From assembly GCA_003344405.1 (NCBI GenBank), contig NOWV01000025.1, positions 496,001-560,000 of the forward strand: a stretch of 64,000 nt of DNA. Direction: 5' to 3'. Positions 57,684-64,000 of the stretch are shown here, piece after piece (the stretch's first letter is position 1; each line of letters opens with the position of its first letter). The position numbers were made by a program, and so were the translations under genes. The notes beneath the pieces were generated by a model. It searched no databases, was not told the DNA's origin, and worked only from the letters and a program-made list of their open reading frames with translations. The DNA is from Trichoplax sp. H2 (lineage: Eukaryota).

Positions 57684-59927
57684 GCTTCTAGTGTAGTAGA
57701 GTACAGTACTGTACAGTGTACAGTACAGCAGTACTGTAGAAATCGTAATGGCAGTACAGTACCAGTACTGTAGTTCGTTGTGTGACTATACTGTACTGTA
57801 CTGTACTGTACAGTACAGTAGTGTACTGTACTGTACGGTACAGTACTGTATACTGTACAGTTCAGGTATGATTACGGTTAAAATATTATTATTTATTTAC
57901 TATGACTACAGTACAGTACTGTAGGTTTTGTTACCTTTGATAAATCCATATGTTGTGTACTTCCTTCTGTACCTCTGTACAGTATCAATAAGTTCGTTGT
58001 GAGTAATACTAAACCGAACCTCTGACACCCCCCTACAGTAAGTACTGTATACATAAGGCTTGTTTTCAGTTTTTCACTTCTCGTGTTATTTTATCTCCCA
58101 TTTTTGTCTTGAAAAAATTCTGTACTACCTCTGTTGTGTAGCACCATGCACTACTACATACTGTACTGCTAACTGTACAGATACTGTACAGTACTGTACT
58201 TACAGTACAAGATTCGACTGGTCTATTGTAAAGAAGATTCTGTACCGTACTGTACCGTACAGTACTGTATAGTACAGAAGTACAGTACTGTATTCAATAA
58301 GTGCAGTACTATACTGTACGTACAGTACTGTACTCTATTGTACTGTACTGTAAATAAATAAATAAATACCTGTTATCCTATTAATTAATACTGTAGTGGC
58401 AATTTACTTTTCCAGTACGATTGTGACCCAATGTTGCGCAAAGTAAGTTTACGTTCTAGCAATGGGCTCTTTATCGACTAAACTACTGTACAGTACTGAA
58501 TTAACAGCTAGGATCAACTAGTTAATACCTATTAATCTAGAAGAGGCACATTTTGAAGTTGAGATAATATTGAGTAACTACGAGTGTGACTGTTTGTTTC
58601 CAATACCATCATGAATCGCTTCACGCTGAGAGTAAAATGGTTTTACACTTGTACTTGTGATGTTTGGCTTCCTTTGCTATTCCCTACTGTACTGTATACT
58701 CGGTGTATATCAGTGCACTGTACACTGCAGAGTATTAAAGAAGGAAAATTATACGTACAGTACAATGTGATCCGTTTTCTTCGTTTTCTGAATAGTAACA
58801 ACTAAAATAAATAAAAAAAAAAGGCATCAAAAATGCCAATCCTTATGGGCTTTACCTATATTGTACTGTACATACAGTACTGTATTGCACACTGTACTGT
58901 ACACTAGGTCGCTTATTGTACTGTACAGTATGCGGTATCTCGTACCAGTCATACAGTACAATATGTGCAGTTGTACGCTTCGTGTCATGACATTTGGCCA
59001 ATGCAGTACTGTACCGTACAGTACTGTATTGGGACACTGTGCAGTAATTATTATTAAATAATATAATTAATTAATTAATCAATGTGAACACGGACGTGCA
59101 GACTTCAGACATGTAGCTGTATACTACTGCCGACTCGTACGAAACATCACATTAATTCTTTGCCGTAGAAATAGAGTACAGTACATGTACTCATGTTAGT
59201 GACATGAACATTTGGCTGTTAATCCATCTAAAATCACCTGAACCTTTCAACATTTCGTTAGCCGGGCGACGGAGTTTTTGCCGTTTCTAATAAGTAACGT
59301 AAGTCGACGCTTCTTATTGCCCTTAAATAAATGGTTCAAGTTATTCCAACCTTATGACCAAGTAAGAAAAATCGTATGATTGGTACAGTAGATCTGTAGA
59401 TCCGCAAGCGGACTTATAGTACTGTACAGTACTGTACTTAAATGTCATACGATATTGTTTTTTTTCCCTAGTAAATGGAGTGAATTTACTGTACTGTGTA
59501 TAGGAATATCCTTTGACTATTTTAATGAAGAAGGATAAAGCTCATAACTATATATACTGCTATGTAGATATCACTATTAGAGTATGATCCGAGTAGAGTA
59601 AAAATAAAAGAGAAATCGTACAGCTCACAGTTGTAGCTGAAGTAATTTTTTTTTTTTTTTCATCGTTACGTTTGGGTAATGATAAAAAAAAAAGTTGTAT
59701 AAATAACAATGTACTACAGTACATACTGTACAGTACAATACATACAGTACTACAGTGCACAGTACTGTAGTAGGTGCTTGTATTATGCTTCAATCATGGG
59801 TGTAGTGTAATACTTGTAACCTGTAAAGTGTAGACTGGCTGATTACACTACTGTACGTACAGTATACTCTACAGTTGCGCACGGTAACAAAAAAGAAAGA
59901 AAATGTCATTAAACTATTACAGTAAAC

Positions 59928-59960
59928 TTCATTGCTTTTGACTGAGTCAAAAGCAATGAA
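59928..59960. repeat. 33-bp palindrome (16-bp perfect arms, 1-nt spacer)
   Basis: TTCATTGCTTTTGACT-G-AGTCAAAAGCAATGAA. Confidence 0.95.
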
Positions 59961-62013
59961 AAATAACATTCGGATTCGGTACAGAAATCCAGAATCTACA
60001 GGATGACCCAGGAAAACTCGTAGATCGCTTGCTTAAATTACTTAGCACTAATAATGAGTAAAGACTTTCTATATATTACTGTATTGCGACTAATTTGCGA
60101 CTGAGTGGAAATTGAAAATACCGTAACGTACTGTAATGGAATAATTTATTCCTGCCAACCGATAGCGAATCGCCTGGAGAGATTATTTCGTCATGACGCT
60201 TTTTCGGGTTGTCACCTTTCTTTTATTACAACTACTATGAAAGTATGAATAAAGGTGAATTCTGCACATTGGCATCTTTTTATATTCACATAATTACTGT
60301 AAACTCACTAGCAGGATGGCTTTCTGGTGAATTCCCTTGTTTGAAATCAGTTGTCGATGAAAGCTAATAATTATACGTAATTGATGAGTAATTTTGAACT
60401 ATGCTACAGAATACGATGTAGACTTCTGCAGTACAATATGTTACGTACAGTACTATACTATTGTAACCAATCAATGTTTAGCTAACGTTTGTTTAGAAGC
60501 GATTTCTAAACGGAAAGTATATACAGTACTGCAGAGGAGCACTGCCAGAGTTATGATCGAGATAGTAGCAGACCTCACTCGAGTTAATATGGTTCAAGTC
60601 CTTAAAACTTAGGAAATGAGAGATAAATCCAGATCAATTTACCTAGTTATATCATTCAAGATGAAAATTTGAAAGTTTTTATACGTGTATACGTGTATAT
60701 ATATACTGCACAATATTTTGTAGTAATATACGTGCATACTGAATGCTAATAATAAGAAGAATAAAATAGAATTATACTAAAATTGCAGAAACACATCAAG
60801 CGCATGACGTATTCGTATCATTTTTCTTCTGAGTATAATAATGAGTATTAGTTTAATTTTGGACTACGTATTGTAGCACTGCTCTTTAATTACATTACAG
60901 TACAACATAACAACGCTTTGGAACTAGACGAATATTGTACTGTAGGTACTTTATTCGATGAAATAGTACAATTATAATGTAGGCCTCTTGAGTCATGACC
61001 TGTATAGTGCAAAAAATTAAAATCACATGCTTTGTAGTGTAGTCATGTACTGTATAATATATCGATATTTTTGTTGATATCCACCGTATAGAACATTCAA
61101 CATTTTAATATCGTTAAGTACAGCACTGTATCACACGTTTTCTCGGTCTTTCGGTATCAGTTCAACAATAAGATAAGATAAATTGTTCCCATCGATAAAT
61201 GCTGATCCATTTCTAATCTTAGCTATTTATCGCATTCTGGATGATTCCGAGTATATATACTGTAGGTTACAAAACAAAACTTACAGTATTGTTGTTATTA
61301 AGCGTAATATTAATTTACTTGCCCATAGTTTTTAAAGAAGGTGGTCAAAGATAATGAAGACTATGCCTAGGTTTTGTGATTGAGTTGGAAGGAAACTGAA
61401 ATTAATTATTTACTCTATGAACAAAACAAAAATAATAATGCCGTGATATCGATGAGATACTAATCCATTTTTTCATCGCTTTTTATTCAATATTTTTAAA
61501 TTTTCTTCCATCGTTACGCTTTTTATAACTTGCACAACGGGGGCATTTGCGAAATTTGATGTAAAATAATTAGACACATAATGACGATATTGGTGACAAT
61601 ATCCTAAGAACCACTAAGTGATATTTAGATTATAGATACCTTAAACATGATCATTGAGTTAAGACTCCTGCGTATACGCAGTTAGAGAGACAAACAATTT
61701 CGGTTTCCCATTCGAACGATTCTTATAGTGTACATAAATAAAATTTCGGATTAGAAATTGTTATTACTAAAACACTTTGAAATTGTACAGCATTGCAAAT
61801 GTATGCTAATAATTTTTGTAACAACATAGCATCATAATTTATAAGGTTGAACTTAATAGAATGTGTTACGTGTGTAATGCCACTACAGTAAACGTTTTCG
61901 ACCAAATTTGAAATAAAAACTAATCAATATTTTTTATGATTTTTATTTTTCAAGGCTGCAAAGTACACGAACAAAATTAATTTTATCTACTGATTGTACT
62001 GGTAATATTGGGA

Positions 62014-64000
62014 ATGAGTCGTAGTCAAGGGCATTTACTGCATCATCGTCATGGTGGCGGATATCGTATATTTTCGTCAACCTCGGATAGGATAGAACCT
62101 CAATGTGATACAGCTAGAGCAAATGGGTCATCACATGAGAATAGTATTTCTACTGTCAATGGCCAAGATGGTCACATAAAAGATGAAGTAAATAAAGCTG
62201 GAAGGTAAACGAATAGTTACTGCTCATTGACTTAAAACAGGTCTGGTTTCTAGGCAAAGAATAGACTAGAATCATAGGATCATCCCTGATTATAATTTAG
62301 TTAATGTTCGTAACGTAACTGTATAATAAAAATCGTGCCTAATTGTAACAAAAGAATATAGAAAAAATTAAGAGATTATGTCGTAGACCGCTCTTAGTTG
62401 TCATTGAAGTGCAGTACAAATCAGTCCATTATATACTGTACTAAGCAGTATAAAGTAAATTTTTCACATTTAAAACGAATTATGATTTTTACAAGATGTT
62501 TAATTATATCATTCTAAATATGTAGTATTTTAAACTTTTATTTGTATTTTTTGATATTCGGCTGTAATAGTAGAAATCTTCCTAGCTCAAGGCCAACAAC
62601 AATACAACATCAGATACATCCCGACCATCAAATTACTAGTAATACTGACGATACAATTGCAAATGGTAATTGCAAAGAGCACCAGGCTAACTTTACACAG
62701 GAGCGAGCGCCATTTTATGATTCTGAAAACAAAGGTAGATCAGGCAGTAAGAATCAATTGGCGTTACCGCGAGAACTATATAAAGCAGAAAGTATTTCGC
62801 CTACACGTAGTATAACACCTGGGGGTGATTCAGGCATTGAAAAGACGCCTACAATTGCGTCACCTAAACGTGTTAGATATTCGCCATCACCGTTGGCCGA
62901 TAGAATGCCACAATCTAAATCGATACAACTTTCACAGCGAGGTAATAAACGATATCAACGCTGCTTCAGTGAAAAAACTAGCTATAATAATACTTTAACT
63001 TCAAGTTTGAAGAAAAGTAGAGTCATATCACCATCTTCATCGTTACGCCGTGATAATGCCTTAAGTGGACAAAAGGTGCTTGCTCGACGTGATCGTTATT
63101 ACTACATGGCTACCGTAAAAGAAAGTTACAGCGACCGTATTGGAATGAAAGAGGTCGTAACAGTGATATTTGATCATAATCAGTTAGAAACTACTTTTCT
63201 CGATCCTTGGAAAGGGAAAAAAATTGATTTAATATCAAGCTCAGTGCCTTCTGTTGATTTTGTTAATGTCGATAGCCGTGTCTGTATTCAGCCAATTGAA
63301 GGTAGTGTTACCTACTGTATTGGTACAGTAACAAGTATCAAAGGAAATTCATATGAAGTTGTCCTAGATGATGTAGGTGAAACTTTAAGTAATGGCTGCC
63401 GGGTTAAAACTGTTTGGAAGAAATGTTCTGATTTACGTCTATTACGTCGACCTGGCGATATTGCTGCTGCAACTCATTATCAACGATCTATAACAAAACG
63501 AGATAGTGGCAGCTATGATGATGATGATGATGATACTTTCGACAGTGATGAAAATAACGGAATGGATGAAGATGACAACAACAACGATGATGATGAGCAA
63601 ACTGATAGCGCCCCATCTGAGGATGAGTTGAAAGAATGGCAGTGTTATAGTGTCCAAGGTAATGAACAAATTAGACCGCATTCTGTAATACCTGGCTCTG
63701 AAGATCGCTGTGTTATTACGCCAAGTCCTACTCATACTAATGATGATGCTGATTTGAGTGGCAGTAATGGAAGCATTACTGGTGGCAGTCGGCTGAATAA
63801 GCGAGCTCAATCTACTGGTGGGGTCCAATATAAAAAAGGGGATGTCGTCATTACGCCTATGGGTGTCAGAAAAAAATTCAATGGCAAGCAATGGCGACGA
63901 CTATGTTCGAAAGAAGGTTGCTATAAAGAATCGCAACGTCGTGGTTATTGTTCAAGGCACTTGACGCAGCATGGTGATAGCATTAAAGGTGCATCAAAGA
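62014..64000 (+). CDS. CIC: Capicua transcriptional repressor, long-isoform N-terminal region (partial; continues beyond the window)
   Basis: Exon 62014-62204 (acceptor at 61954, in-frame stop upstream of the ATG, donor AG|GTAAAC) and exon 62571->64000, which is open to the window end and therefore absent from the ORF track. Encodes Tudor-like [20 protein letters not shown]...RVCIQP...YCIGTV...YEVVLD and the diagnostic CIC-L motif [45 protein letters not shown] (63829-63963). The HMG box is not in the window. Confidence 0.92.

Larger units (their letters stand above)
52310..59880. promoter_or_regulatory. Extended regulatory domain upstream of capicua with many TACTG/TACAG arrays
   Basis: Arrays at about 52315-52410, 52820-53390, 53735-53915, 56335-56670, 57290-57420, 57700-57925, 58040-58355, 58685-59040, 59385-59440 and 59710-59875. 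No credible CDS. Confidence 0.6.

Noticed and set aside
52310..59880. CRISPR-like or telomeric repeat array
   Set aside because: No constant-length repeat-spacer units, no cas genes, a eukaryotic context, mixed orientation, and no G-rich telomeric unit.
63442..63891. 149-aa hydrophobic minus-strand ORF
   Set aside because: Antisense shadow of the capicua acidic GAT-repeat tract, which reads as poly-Ile.

Overview
AT-rich, intron-dense animal genomic DNA, not prokaryotic. The many short GT-AG introns, the gene content and the composition fit a compact early-branching metazoan such as a placozoan (Trichoplax-like); this is an inference. I assembled four genes by hand from splice sites and reading frame. 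(1) PI4KA, + strand, 28 coding exons, about 2017 aa. (2) A salt-inducible kinase (SIK), - strand, 8 coding exons, about 760 aa, convergent with PI4KA. (3) ZPR1, + strand, 15 exons, about 455 aa, with a probable U12-type intron and a 20-nt microexon. (4) The 5' part of capicua (long-isoform N-terminus), running off the right edge. Weaker candidates are a minus-strand secreted-protein 5' end at the left edge, an orphan multi-exon gene head-to-head with ZPR1, and decayed coding relics in the first 10 kb. The most striking non-coding signal is a TACTG/TACAG pentamer-palindrome code. It is clustered upstream of every gene, hugely expanded over about 7.5 kb before capicua, and not clustered in coding exons. 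Other notable points: a 2997-nt intron-free block in PI4KA, a hairpin that buries a splice donor upstream of PI4KA, CRE/AP-1 sites upstream of SIK, and a 33-bp palindrome upstream of capicua. No rRNA, tRNA, CRISPR array or intact transposon was recognised.
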